Shown here piece by piece: positions 1 through 12,554 of a stretch of 43,191 bases of DNA (position 1 is its first letter; each line of letters begins with the position of its first letter). The stretch comes from Hyphochytrium catenoides. Taxonomy: Eukaryota; Protista; Hyphochytriomycota. The notes beneath the pieces were generated by a model. The model was not told the DNA's origin. It ran no database searches and worked only from the letters and a program-made list of their open reading frames with translations. The stretch spans positions 1-43,191 of the forward strand of contig FLMG01001180.1 in assembly GCA_900088475.1 (NCBI GenBank). The letters are read 5' to 3'. The translations under genes were made by a program, and so were the position numbers.

Positions 1-3000
1 CATCATAGTCACTACTCCATCCGTCTATCCATATTTATTGCCCCATAACATCCTTGTTTCTTATGGGGCTATTTGGACTGTGCTAGGGTGATGAGGTTCT
101 TCCCATATTATTCGTTCTATCACTGATGACCCAAAGCAACGGGCAACAATCAGCCAACGGTGGACAAATACTGAGGAAAGCACCTGAAGAAGAGACCAGA
201 AGAAGATGCCTCTCCCCTCCGCTGCTACTATGTGGCGACAGAAGATTGAAGTAAGAGACCTCAATCTTGTTCTTCATCATCAAGCATGGATCCAACAACG
301 TATGAAGGATGGCACCTGGATAAGAGTATTATCCAAGACACAACCGATCAAAAGAGACTCCTCTTCTCTATCATCGTTCCTTTTTATGCTAGATACGTGA
401 CGCCCAGCTGGTGAGGATAGACTCAATGAAGTCGAGCAGCGTCGTTATCCTCCTCTCTCCAATCACTGATCAAAAGGTTTGTTGCGATGAGCGTGAGAGG
501 ATAGATGAAGACATTGATTTGCTTGGTAGCAAGAAGGATGGAATCCACCGGTAATAATACTAGCTATACTACACAAAACGTGAAAGGAAGGGCTATGCAC
601 CACAAAGGGAGAGGACAGAAAAGAAGAAAAGGAAGTAAAGTAGTCCTTGTTGCTCTTACCACAACCGTGAACATAGAATGACGAGCTTAGGGCAGGCGAC
701 AGCAGCGGGCTGTGAGCGACAGTGATATCCTTGTCCAGGACAAGAACAAAAACCGGAAAGGTTCTCCAGGTCTGAAGTAGTAGTCTTCACGACCCCTTAG
801 CCATGAAGAGATTGCTCGCTGCGTTTGTCCAGCGATAAAAAAAATTAGGACTTTGTTTCGCGGACCTCTGGGAAAGGAATTTATATGGAGAAAGTGGGGT
901 GCCGAGGAAACAACAGTTGTTGCGGTCTTCTCAGTAAACCCGCATACAACTACTGGGAGCAGTAGTAGGCTGCATTTTCCCTCAGTGGGTATACTGTTCT
1001 CTTCTAAAGTCAGATCAGTAATAAAGTAATAGGCTGCATCAGCCGCCATTTATTGTCAATCACCTACAGTGCATGGCATGGGTGAATATTTATCTCCAAA
1101 GTGTCAGACTGTCGATGGCCTAGCATGTCAGAAGATTGACCACCAGCGATGATAGTTGTGGACAGCAGTCATCAATTATATCATGATGGTAAGACTATCA
1201 AGGGGAAACAACCGGGCAATGATTGAGAGCAGGGTGACGGAAGGGCGGAGGAAACAGCTGGCCTTATTACACCCGTGCTGTTAGATCTGTAACAATGTAA
1301 ATAAAGGTCTGCGAAGCTAAACTGCACCTCGATGCTGAACCTTACGGAGATGATGATAGTGGTACTTACAGATATTGATATGTGCGGCGACCACGTGGTG
1401 GGTTAATGCTGAAACGAGACCTCTAGAGAGCGTAGTCAGGAGAGTTACGCGGGAAGGTTTTATTGGCAGAAAGCCTTTTCACTCCGGCTTTATAAGTACT
1501 GCCCCTTCTAATAAAAAGCTGAATTTTTACCTACACTTGCAGGAGGACTTTCCATGATGACTAGTACGCTGGCCTCTCTTCCGGCTAATGGCTCTGCCGT
1601 ACAGCCGATAATATTCGGTGCAGAAGATTCTCATGCTCTGGCCAGAAGAAGCCAGAGGAATCCAACAGAGAGCCGTTATCCATAGACCATGGCGACCCGG
1701 CAGCTGAAAGAAGAAGATTTTTTTGGTGGTCCAGTAGTAGGAGTGGACGAGGTTAGATTTGAAGCCCGCAAGGAGGGTGACTGCTTGGAACTTGACTCTG
1801 CTCTACTACCCTTAACAGGAAGACCGGTCACTACAGTGGTGTTCGAGGAGGAGCCGCGCACTATCCGTTTCAGTTATTTCTATCTAGGAGGGGCTTAAGA
1901 AAGTTCGAGCAATCCCACTGTCAGGCGGAGCACCATCACCTGTTTGCTGACTACCTGCTGGTTTCTTCTAGGGAGATAGAACAGGAGGGAGATCATCTTT
2001 TCTACTGCACCACTTTCCTCTCTTAGTGCGGCACCAGAGTTCCTTCTTCGTCCGCGAACTATTTAGAAGAGCGCAGTCTTCAACATTAATTTAGTAGGTA
2101 TTATATTGATGAGCTGACGTAATGATGAGGATCGGAGGAATAAGAGTTAAGGAGGACAGCCACACTAAGCCGGTTACAGGTGAAGCGATAACAGCAACTA
2201 TTTATCCTATTTATGGGACTAGCTACAGTGGGTATGTGTGATGGTGGTCTATAAGGTCACCATCACCCATCTTCTCTCCTTAACGGCCGTTGATGATTGT
2301 TTTACCTTTTATAAGAAATGCGGACGAGTACTTCCAAACAGCACTGTTTCGTCCGCCACTTCGATGCCACCAGCCACCATTCTTCTTCTTCTGAGAGATG
2401 AGCACCATAGCACCATCAAGAAAAAGAAGCCACTTTAGCAGCCTTGGCCTGTCGTCAATCGGAGTAGTGAATGTCGTCTTCTCTCCTTTCATAAAACCTA
2501 TCTTTCAGCTCCTCCAAGCATCACTAAGATGGACGACGACAATGAGAGGAAGAGCAAGTAGTGAAAAGGAGGAGGAGGAGCAAGCGAGGCGGCGCGGCGG
2601 GAGTTACTTTTCACATCACCTTCCCAAGAGTTCACTGAAAACATGAATCTAGCAGAATAATGTGCCTTTTCATAATAGCTGGACTCCTTTTTGTTGGTTC
2701 GCCCGCTCTCTATGTACCCCAAAAAGGTACTGTACTTCTACTCAGCCGCAGGCTTAGGAGGAACTAGACCTTTGAAGATGAAGTTGACACCAGGCAGGGC
2801 AAGCACCCTTTATAACACTATCAAAAAGCAGGATAAGGAACAGTGCAGCAAAAGCAAGGAACTCATGGCAGGCATACGACGTGTCGCTTTCTTTTCACCT
2901 TTCTGACCACTTGGCAATGGAGGACCATGGAGGAGACCAAGCAGTTGAGTATCTTTCGTCTTTTTATCAGGCCGTCGGACATTGGGGCCAAGAGCCATGT

Positions 3001-5562
3001 TATCCTCCTCAGGTAGTCGCCTTCTCAAGAGAGACCTTTATAGCTGATGGTAGAGACCTTCTTTGAAAGTGAATGGTTTTGCCACAGTCCTAATATTGTC
3101 GCTATAAACGCAGGAATTGGCAAGAGCGAATCTCTTGAGGCTTGGGCGGGTCCGACCTGCTATTATTGTCCTTTGTGCTGTGGAGATAGGAACTACTACC
3201 AATCCCGCATCCCTCCCGCTCCCATCACTTGACTGACCCTCGTTCCATTGTAGATAGGCCTGACTAGGTCTGGAATATTAGAGCTTTTTACCGTGTCTAT
3301 CCTTGATATCCCTCTCTTCTACCAAGCCACCTTGGTCTAAGATGAGTTCAGGGAATTAATCGTCTAGGCACTCATGAACTTCCCATATGCTGTCTTAGCT
3401 CCTGACCGCAGCAGAAGAAAAAAGGGGTCCACAATTCTTAAAGATTTATCCCTCAAGCCCTACCTCTTTCACAGTTTTTCTCCTGGTGAGAATCAAGTAT
3501 CGACTCCTCCTTCAAACTCCGCAAGTTCGTTCTTGGAATACTTTTCCAGTCGCCAAAGAAGTTACAAGCTCAGATTTCTTATAATATCTCGTCGGTTCGT
3601 GGGGTGCAGAAGGATTGAGGCGAGGACGGGAACACGCTTACCTGATGGATTCCCACCTGTCAGGACAGGGAGCATAGCCAGCCCGTTCTGAACACATTTC
3701 CGCTAACGGCCACCATTTCAAATCGCTAAGAGTCAACACCTTCAACAAGGAAACATTGGTTCGTTTCTATGTAAGCTTCACTCATTATTTCCCTAGTTGC
3801 ACAAACAGGACTTAATCGAAATAGATTGCGTCTTTTCATCGGGTGAAGTCTACTTTTCCCCAAAAGCTCGTTTTTGTAACTCAGTTGGGGTGACACAGAG
3901 TGGCTCTAAAAACCTTTCCGTTAGGTTTGGTCGTTCTCGTGTACGTGTCGTGCTTTCGTGAGACGTCCTAGCTTTAGAAGGCAGGGGATAGGAAGGAGGC
4001 CAACGGGAGAGAAACGCCATGTGCGTATCTTCTCAGCCAAGTCGATTTCGGTCGGACAGATGCTATCTTAAGCCTCATCAAAAAAAAAGACAGAGTAAGG
4101 TATAGACCAAGGAGAAGAGGTAAAAGAGAGAGATTCGACCAACCGGTCAGCTATGGCTCTCAAGACAGAGCGCCGATAAAGCGTGGAATTGACAGTGAGA
4201 GAGGCGAAGCGGATGGGGCCTTACAGAGGGAAAAAGATCAAGCGTCAGGCTGCCTGGACGGAGGGAGCAGTCCGGAGCGGTAAGAAAAGGGTGGATGCTC
4301 AAGGGGCAATTAGCCGTCTTAGCCTAGAACTCGATCGAGAAGGCAAATGTAGAGGCATTAAGGATGCCCATAAACGTAGCAATGACCAAAAGTGAGACCT
4401 GCGCTCGTTTGCAGGTGTGTTTTCTTCCCCCAGTGGAGCACCTGCTGCTGCAGCTCCACCCTCCTGTTTCTAGAAGAAGAAGTACCTCTCTTCCATCTCC
4501 GCCACTTAGGTGCCTAGAAAGGGAGAAGGTGGGATGAGGAAAACAAGAAGGCCATTTGGAGAGGCCCAAGCAGGATGGGGAAGGTGGTGGCGACAAACGA
4601 GTTGATTCCGCCGCATATTTGAGAAGAGAGAAGAACGTGTGAGTCAAGCAATATTAGCAGAGTTCCAATTATAGTGAGGAGCATGCAGCATGACAGAGGT
4701 AGATTTTATGGCGAAAGAAGCTGCTGGTGAGACACTTACTACCCAGCTACTTACCCTGTAAAGTGATAGCGGTTGTTACTTGGAGCGGTGCGCAGAAACC
4801 ACATTCCAGATAATTCCTTTGAAAGAGGAGGTAGAAACTAGTTGTCGAGGTCTATCAAGTGAGCGCGATCTGCTTTCTCCCTTCTTCTGCTCCATACTCT
4901 ACTTGCGGATCAGCATTTCTGCTACTGCTCCCTTATAAGGCAAACAAGGAGCAAGGCGAGCAGCTCAGCAGGAGTGTCCTTACTGCCTACTAGCTCCCTC
5001 CACTCGATATAAGAAGAGGTTTCTTCGCCGCAGTGTTCGTGCGGTGTTGGACTACTGCTTCACTTACTCTTGATTGAACGTAAGAGGAGGGACAGGAAGG
5101 CCTTAACGGCCTGAGAGGCGTGCTGTTCTATCTTCTTGGACTCATCCCCACAAAGTTATTTTCTTCTCGAAACATAAGAGGTGCCTGGAGGTGCCTAGTT
5201 CGTTGCGGCTTCACTCTTCTCTTCCCTCGTCAAAAATAAGTCAGCTTGAGTCCTACTGTCGCAGTAATTCTCAAGAGCCCATCGTCTTGTTTCTCAGCGG
5301 AAGAAGGTACTCGCGCTGGACGAACAGCACCATCCCAAGAGGGCATCTCGGAGTCTTCTTCCCGTTCCCGTCCAGCTGTATTCTCCTCTGTTAGCCACGA
5401 ATTGTAGGGCTAGAGATATTACACCGGCTATTATCTCACCACGCATGGTGGCCTCCTTACCTGAGGCCGGGTGACTTTTGTAAGCAACCGATACCATCAG
5501 GCTTGCGGAACCAGCTAGCTTGACATAAGCACCGGCGGCGTGCTACATTACGGTCTTGTATA

Positions 5563-6432
5563 ATGGCAGGTAGTTTCCCAGTTTTCAGTCCAGTTTCTAG
5601 AGAGCGCGAGAAGCCAGTGAGATTGGATCTGACGACTATGGAACCGAGCGGACAACCCGTGGGAGCAGACGGTGTGGTTCGACTCTGTAAGATTCAAGGC
5701 TGCACTAGATATGTCCAAAAGCGAGGAGTTTGCATCACACATGGCGCCCGACGGACGCGATGCAAGGTGGATGGCTGCGAAAAGGGCGCCGTGCGTGGAG
5801 GTGTCTGCAAGGCACATGGAGCGAAGATGAAGGGATGCGCCACGCCAGGCTGCATTAGGCAAGCAGTTAGGGGCGGGCTTTGTATCGCTCATGGTGCACA
5901 AGTCAAGCGTTGCAAAGTTGAAGGTTGCGGGAAGCACTGTCAACGTGGAGGCGTCTGCGTCGCCCATGGCGCGAAGGTCAAGCGCTGCTCAGTTGAAGGC
6001 TGCGGAAAGTATTCAGTAAGAGGCGGTGTCTGTGTCTCTCATGGCGCCAAGGTGCAATACAAGCGTTGCAAGCAAGTGAACTGCACGAGGAACGCGCAGA
6101 AAGGTGGATTCTGCGCCACCCACAATGCTGAGAAGATGCAAAGCGCCGATGCTTCTTCATCATCAGCCACATCGACCAAACAGCCAATCAGTGAGGAAGC
6201 CCATATCCTAGCCTCCATGAAGCAAAGGAAGCTACCTCCGTTAGCTGGAGGGTCAGCCACTACCGCATGTACAATCATGGAATGCAGCGTGGCATCTATT
6301 ATTGGAAGTAGGGATGGATTTTGTTTGACGCATGAGCGTCAAGTGCTTCAGAGGCACAACTGTGCCCATGCTAGCTGCCCAAGATATGCTAAGATTGCCG
6401 GTGTATGCCTGCTTCATGGGAGTCACCGGTAA
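5563..6432 (+). CDS. WRKY19-like C-x4-C-x9-C-x2-H zinc-finger repeat protein (intronless, 289 aa)
   Basis: Six tandem repeats such as CKVEGCGKHCQRGGVCVAHG, an S/T-rich linker, then two further diverged C-terminal repeats; this repeat type is known from oomycetes, diatoms and plant WRKY19-like proteins. ATG to TAA open frame. Confidence 0.85.
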   Translation: MAGSFPVFSPVSREREKPVRLDLTTMEPSGQPVGADGVVRLCKIQGCTRYVQKRGVCITHGARRTRCKVDGCEKGAVRGGVCKAHGAKMKGCATPGCIRQAVRGGLCIAHGAQVKRCKVEGCGKHCQRGGVCVAHGAKVKRCSVEGCGKYSVRGGVCVSHGAKVQYKRCKQVNCTRNAQKGGFCATHNAEKMQSADASSSSATSTKQPISEEAHILASMKQRKLPPLAGGSATTACTIMECSVASIIGSRDGFCLTHERQVLQRHNCAHASCPRYAKIAGVCLLHGSHR

Positions 6433-8262
6433 CAAGCCATAGACAAGCCCAGTCCAAATGGCGGATGGCGAATTGATAGAGCAATACGAGCTTCCTTGAA
6501 GGGCTGATACATCTATTTTGCCCCTATTTATGAGATGATAGTTTTGTCTATAAGCAATCATCAATAATACTTTTGGAGCCAACTGCTCCTGCCCCTGTTC
6601 CTCCAAGTTCTTCTGTGCCTTGCGATAGCTCCTGGCTAGAAACTAATAAGCCGCCTTCATGATGCCCACCAGGCAAAGCTGCCGTGCTCCGTTGGATGGT
6701 CGACGCAGACGTTTCCTGCTTTCTCTTCTGCCGAAGATCATTCTATCATCTTCGTCTATCGCTCCTTTCCTTTTGGTTGTTGGCGCCCTTCGAAAGCCGG
6801 GTAAGCGGCTGCTGCAATTATAGGCGGCTGCTGAAATTATATGACAGCAAGGAGACAGTGCTACAGGCAATAATGGAGACGGTTGCCAAGGGTTAGGAAT
6901 AAAGGATTAGGCCAGTGCCTACTACCATCCAAGCGGTGCCCAGCAACAATCACACGATTCGGCTGAGTTGAGAGGCATGTGATCCTGTACCAACCCTCAT
7001 ATGGAGCAGCAGCATACAATGATGCAAGAGGATGGCGAGACTTTACCAGTAGATTTTTGCGGCAGGAACTCTTACACTGGGTGCATCACTAGAAGTTGTT
7101 ACGACGGGAAGGAGAAGATATGGGCTTTTCCCTAACTACAGGTATCAAGAGGAGCGCTATCTAAGCATTAGTCTTCTGCACGTATCATCTATGGGCAGCA
7201 AGGACGCCGCTTGGTCCCGTACGAAGATGTAATTTACTAGCCGTAAACTCCCATCTACTAATCTTTTAGTGGGCCTTATGATCATGACGGCTGCCTTGCC
7301 AGAGGAAGACAGAAGGGGCTAGAGTATAAGCTGCAAGATAGTCCAGGTCACCACCTCTTTCTCTTGTTACGAGTGTCCTTTCCTCACACGTCCTCCTCTT
7401 CATGTGAAGGTCCTAGGAGAGTTGAGATACAATAATCGAGCTCTGCTGCAAACAGCTCGCCTTTAGTTAATGGTGCTTACGACCCTTTTCTCTACGTTCT
7501 CTACGTTGTACGTAGGCCAGTTCTGAGGGTTTTCTCTGATTGAGAGTGCGGAGCAGCCAGACCGTGGTCAGCCGCAGGGTAGCCTGCCCCTGCTGCTTTC
7601 TTCCCTGACCAAAGAAAGTAATGGATACTTCAGACGACGAAGGACTGGCGGATGCCTAGTTGAGATCTCTATTCCTAGGTCAAGCTATGCTCTCAAGGCC
7701 TCCCTGGCCAGCCATTAGATACATACTTCCTCTCTATCTTTCTTTCTTTTTCTCTCGCATCGCTGCGCCATCATGCTATTCTTTTGTCCATCGCTCTTCT
7801 TCCCAACGCCACACAGAGTCTACCGGCTTCTTCCCATCTGTTCAGGTCTCGGACCAAGGCTGTCCGCCATCATCGTCCGACCTATGTGACTTGCAGTGAC
7901 TTTCAGAAACGAAGACACGTTTATTTAGGAGTTATTTTTGTCCTACTTCCTAGTCTCCACCTTGCTTCGCCCATGCCGTGGTTCTTGATGAGTACGTGAT
8001 TGAATGAGCCTTGACACAGAGGGAGACACCGCTCGATAGAGAAAGTGAATGCGGATGGACAGTAACAGACTTGGTTCGTCGCCTGTGGTTAGTGCCCTAG
8101 ATGCTGTGGCTAGTGCTATAAAGGTCCCTACTCTCTCCTTTGGCATCCACCCACCTAAGGCTTTTCTTAACACTCTCTTCTTCTAGTTCCCTCCTTCACT
8201 ATCAAACCCACCACAAGTCCTGCGCAACTTTGGTCTCTTTCTTATGGTTAAAATGATGTTTC

Positions 8263-8780
8263 CTGTCCCACGGCTCGCTGACATTCTGCATTGAAGCATA
8301 CACCGCTCTCAGCAGCCATCACCAGCCATCATCATGATAAGCTAACCTTGATAACCGCGGAGCCGCCGCAGAACAAGGAAGAGTTGTACAAGTGCTATGA
8401 AAGAGTAAGAGCGCAGCCCCTCCCAGAGTTATAATCCCACTTGCCCATGCTTACATGGTGCTTGCTGTCCCATGCTCGCTAACATTTGCCAGTCAAGCAT
8501 ACATTGCTCTCAGCGGCTATCATCGTGCTGAGCAAGCCCTGAAAGCGAGCCCGATGGATGCATGACGATGCAGGGTGCACACCTGCTATGGAGTTCTCCG
8601 ATCGAGCCACCATAGTATATTGCTCTCAGCAGCCATCAGCAGCCATCATCGTGCTTAGCTTGGTGCTTAGTGCTTAGCTAGCTCAGACTTACTCGCTGAT
8701 CGCAAGTTGAGCCATCCTCAGCAGCCATAGATATTATGTTGCTATCTGATGATGATTGGCTCATGATGGGCGATGGGCCG
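8263..8780. repeat. Diverged local repeat cluster (core AAGCATACAYYGCTCTCAGCRGCYATCA), possible MITE/satellite relic
   Basis: Related copies begin at about 8263 and 8465 (ctgtccca..gctcgct.acatt...aagcataca..gctctcagc.gc.atca), a third core at about 8613-8659, a partial at about 8711-8729, short GTGCTTAG iterations at 8651-8678 and a loosely inverted GATGATTGGC/GATGGGC tail at about 8748-8779. Confidence 0.6.
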
Positions 8781-9258
8781 AACCGCCGAACCAGATTCGT
8801 TACACTTCTAATTTGATAACCTTAATCTGATTCTTTATCTTTCAGTTTTTGTGGGACAAGGGTGGTACTGTAGGTGATGGCTGAGAGCTGGTCTCCTTGA
8901 AGAGTTTTACTGAGCTTCTGATGATGAACATGAGGAAGCTCAGGGCTGGAGAACGGAGACTCACAGGCATATTGCCGTCTGCCACTGTTACCTAGAGACC
9001 CTCTCATCGGTGGGCTGCAGTGGCACTCTCAACGCGAGGCAAGGGACGAACAGAGAGAGTAGAAAGGCAGGTTAGAAGCCGTCTGTGCAGGCTACGAAAG
9101 GGCCACGTACAGCGCTGAGCAGTACTAGTTCTACGAGCCGTTAAGCTTGGGAAGAAACGGCAAGCGTTCGTCTCAATCCTTTCATTGCGATCCCTAGGAC
9201 GGACTTGGCAGGAGAGTCCTTGATACTTCTTGGCTCTAAGGGTTACAGTCGCCGAAGG

Positions 9259-12200
9259 ATGAATACAGTGTCCTTGAGGTCTATTGCCGCTGCGCGTCCC
9301 GTGCTTCAGGCATCGAGGTCTGTTGAGAGTCGCTTTTTCCCTCTTATAAGCGATGTCGGGCACAATAGTAATATTTATTTTTCACACACAGGTTTGCTGC
9401 GAGAAAAGGTGTCCCAAACGGGACTGCCGGCTTTTCTAGTGCTGCTCCGCATGCAGACGAGCAGATTATTGAACCAAGAAGTCAAACGACAAGAAAGCGC
9501 TCCTTGAACGATGGAAAAGAGCTGAAGGACTTCATTCAGGCATCGCTTGGGCCCTTGCCGACCACGGTAAATACTATCCGGCTTTAGACGAGGACCTACA
9601 TGCAAGCACCTCATTGTTTCATGTAGGAGAGCCGTGAATCAGAAATGTCCGTGCCACACACTGGCTTTGCAGACATGGACCTTGGGCTGCAAGGAGCCAA
9701 TATGCAGAGTCCTGGACTGCATGTTTGTGTAGAAACGTGAGTGAATATCGTCCTCATCTCCGATCTTTCTGCAGAGCTCAAACGAACTCGTTTCCCGTCT
9801 CTCCAGGTACGGGTGTCAGATGAATAGCGCGGATTCGGAGCTCATCCGGTCAATCTTGCTGGTAAGTGAGCCCCCTGGTGGAGCTTACTGATAGTTTGTA
9901 CCCCGCGAGACCTCACCGCACTTGGTATGCCTTTGACAGGGAGCTGGCTATCAGATTTCAGAAGCAGCAGAAGAGTCAGATGTTATCCTTCTCAACACTT
10001 GCGCCATCAGGGACAATGCGGAAAGAAAGTAGGTGACGAGTGTCAAAGATAGGTACTCCGTACATGTGGCTAAATATTCCACCCAAGGATCCGACAACGC
10101 CTTCAGCACTATCGCGGAATGAAGAGAAAGCAAAAGCGTCAACTGTCCGTAGGCGTCTTGGGCTGCATGGCAGAGAGGCTGAAGACAAAGCTGCTAGAGT
10201 CAGAGAAAGTGGTCGATCTAGTCGCCGGTCCAGATGCCTATCGAGACTTGCCTCGGCTGCTGTACGACCATTCATTCTACATCCAGCTTCCATGCTTTGG
10301 TACCCTGACTTCTCTTCCCCTCCTCTCCTTTTGTTTGTCTCACCAGTAACGTCGTTCGTGGAGGAGAAAGGGTGGCCAATGTCCAGTTATCAGCTGACGA
10401 GACCTATGCTGATATCTCGCCCGTGAGAGAAAACCCTGACAATCCTGGAGCTTTCATCTCAATCATGAGGGGCTGCAACAATATGTGTTCATACTGCATT
10501 GTCCCTTTCACTAGAGGTAAGACTGCATCTGGAGGCTTGGCCATTATCTCTCTAGAAGCTGAAACTCATGTCCGCTTAGGCCGGGAAAGGAGTCGTGATC
10601 TGTACTCTATAGTAGAAGAAGTGAGAAAACTCTCTGCGGAGGGAGTAAAGGAAGTTACTCTCTTGGGCCAGAACGTAAATAGCTATCACGACTCGAAGTC
10701 TGAAGGTGCAGGTNNNNNNNNNNNNNNNNNNNNNNNNNNNNNNNNNNNNNNNNNNNNNNNNNTGTTATCTCCATTGAGCCTTCTCATTTGAACCATTTAG
10801 ATGTACATGGCCGGCCGTACGAGGCTGCTCCGGGCTTTAGCAACATGTTTAGAAGCCGGAATAGGCTAGGATATCGCTTCCTGGACCTCCTAGAGGTCAG
10901 TCAATCCCGCAGGATTGTTTGATGCATTCGTAGGGCGCTGAAAGAGTTACAATTATCAGGCGGTCTCAGACGTTGACCCAGAGATGCGGATCAGGTTTAC
11001 TTCACCCCACCCAAAGGACTTTCCGCACGAACTGCTCCAGTTGATCAGCGAACGGCCCAACATCTGTAATAGGTACCTGTCTCTTCTGCTATTTAATCTA
11101 CCTGTGTGTCTCTTCAGCTTCGAGTTCTCCCTAGTCAACATGTGTGCCATCTTGGCTCTTTATGTTCTGCTGGGACAGGTTGCTATTTGTCTTGTCGCGC
11201 GTCACTCTACTTTCGCGAACCGGCTAATTTAACCACAATCTGCTATTCGTGCCTTGCAGCATCCACATGCCAGCACAAAGCGGTAGCACAGCCGTGTTGC
11301 ACCGGATGCGAAGGGGCTACACGCGGGAGGCTTACTTGGAGCTTGTCACTGCTATGAGGTCAGCGACCTGCCTGCCTATAGAGTTGTAGGTCTTTAATCA
11401 ACGAAACGCTTGCAGGGAGATCATTCCTGGAGTGGCTATCTCGTCAGACTTCATATCGGGCTTCTGTGGCGAGACAGAGGAAGACCATCAGGATACGGTA
11501 GCACCCCACACCTCTTCCAGTCTTTATCGCTGTTCTCTAACCCTAGCCCTTCGTGCACACTAGCTGTCTCTTATGAGGATGGTGCGATACGACCAAGCCT
11601 ATATGTACGCTTACTCTCTCAGGGAGAGAACTCATGCCGCTTACAAACTTGAAGATGACGTGCCGCAAGAGGTGAAGCTCCGTCGACTGCAAGAGGTAAG
11701 GATAAGAGTTTAGCCCATGGAGTTGGGGGATAAATGACAGGAACTAGGAAGATGATCGGAGCGGATTTAATTTGGGGGTGGGGGGATGAAAGAGGACAGC
11801 GATTGGACGCGAAGTTTAAAGGATATAGGGCTACTGAGGAAGTCAGCAAGACCATGTAAATGGGATAGACCGTAGCAGTAACAAGGCTCACCAGTCTCAG
11901 GATTAGGCTTAAGGAGAGAAAACACGAGAACCTCCCCGGTCGGGTTGACTGACTTCACTTTTTTGGATAGGTAACGCAGACCTTCCGGGAGAGTATCGCC
12001 CTGAAAAACAAGGCAGAAGACGAACAACGCTTCCATGTCGTGCTGCTAGAAGGGCCAAGCCGCCGATCTACGCCAGAGGCCCCTGAGATCCAGGGCCGCA
12101 GTGACACGAATAAGCGTGTGGTCATGTCTGCAGGTAAGTTACATCCCCCTTCGTCTCCCAGCTTGTTCTCATTTATTCTTTCGCTCTCCTCTATTATTCC

Positions 12201-12465
12201 AGATCCGGTAGTGGCTCCCAGCATTCTCGATCTTCTAGGTTCTTCAGAGCCCGCGGCGCAAAGTGCTCAGGGCTTTGTGGAGTTGGCTTCTGCCTACCCT
12301 TCTGCTGGTGTGAAACTTTCCAAGGGTGACTATGCCTTGGTCTACGTGACCGAAGCTGGACCCTCGACGCTGAAGGCCATACCTATTGCTAGAACAACTC
12401 TCGCAGAGGCTCACAGCGTTCCCATCTTGGCGAAACTTCTGGGGCCCCGTACAGAGAAAGCTTAA
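9259..12465 (+). CDS. CDK5RAP1: Mitochondrial tRNA methylthiotransferase CDK5RAP1 (MiaB family, radical SAM), multi-exon
   Basis: Spliced exons give [42 protein letters not shown], radical [73 protein letters not shown] and a C-terminal TRAM-like region. N-terminus [21 protein letters not shown] resembles a mitochondrial presequence. About 14 GT-AG introns, one spanning an N gap. Confidence 0.93.
10714..10762. other. Assembly gap (N run) inside a CDK5RAP1 intron
   Basis: Ns directly follow a CAG|GT donor; the acceptor CATTTAG follows at about 10800 and the reading frame resumes. Confidence 0.9.
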
Positions 12466-12554
12466 GGATGTGATGGTGGTGATATCTGTGGGCCTTCTCA
12501 AGGTCACAGACGACTGCAGTATATATATGTTAGCTAAAACATAATGAGAGTATT

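Noticed and set aside
2925-3000. Minus-strand MSDGLIKRRKILNCLVS resembling the hAT/DUF659 transposase motif MSDGW...INFLV
   Set aside because: Short match lacking the conserved Trp, with no supporting motifs at the right spacing and no TIRs seen; needs a TBLASTN/HMM test.
8263-8730. CRISPR-like array
   Set aside because: Repeat copies are diverged, spacing is irregular, the intervening sequences are themselves related, no cas genes, eukaryotic context.
11697-11970. Longer CDK5RAP1 intron as a box C/D snoRNA host
   Set aside because: No clean RUGAUGA box paired with a terminal CUGA and stem could be identified.
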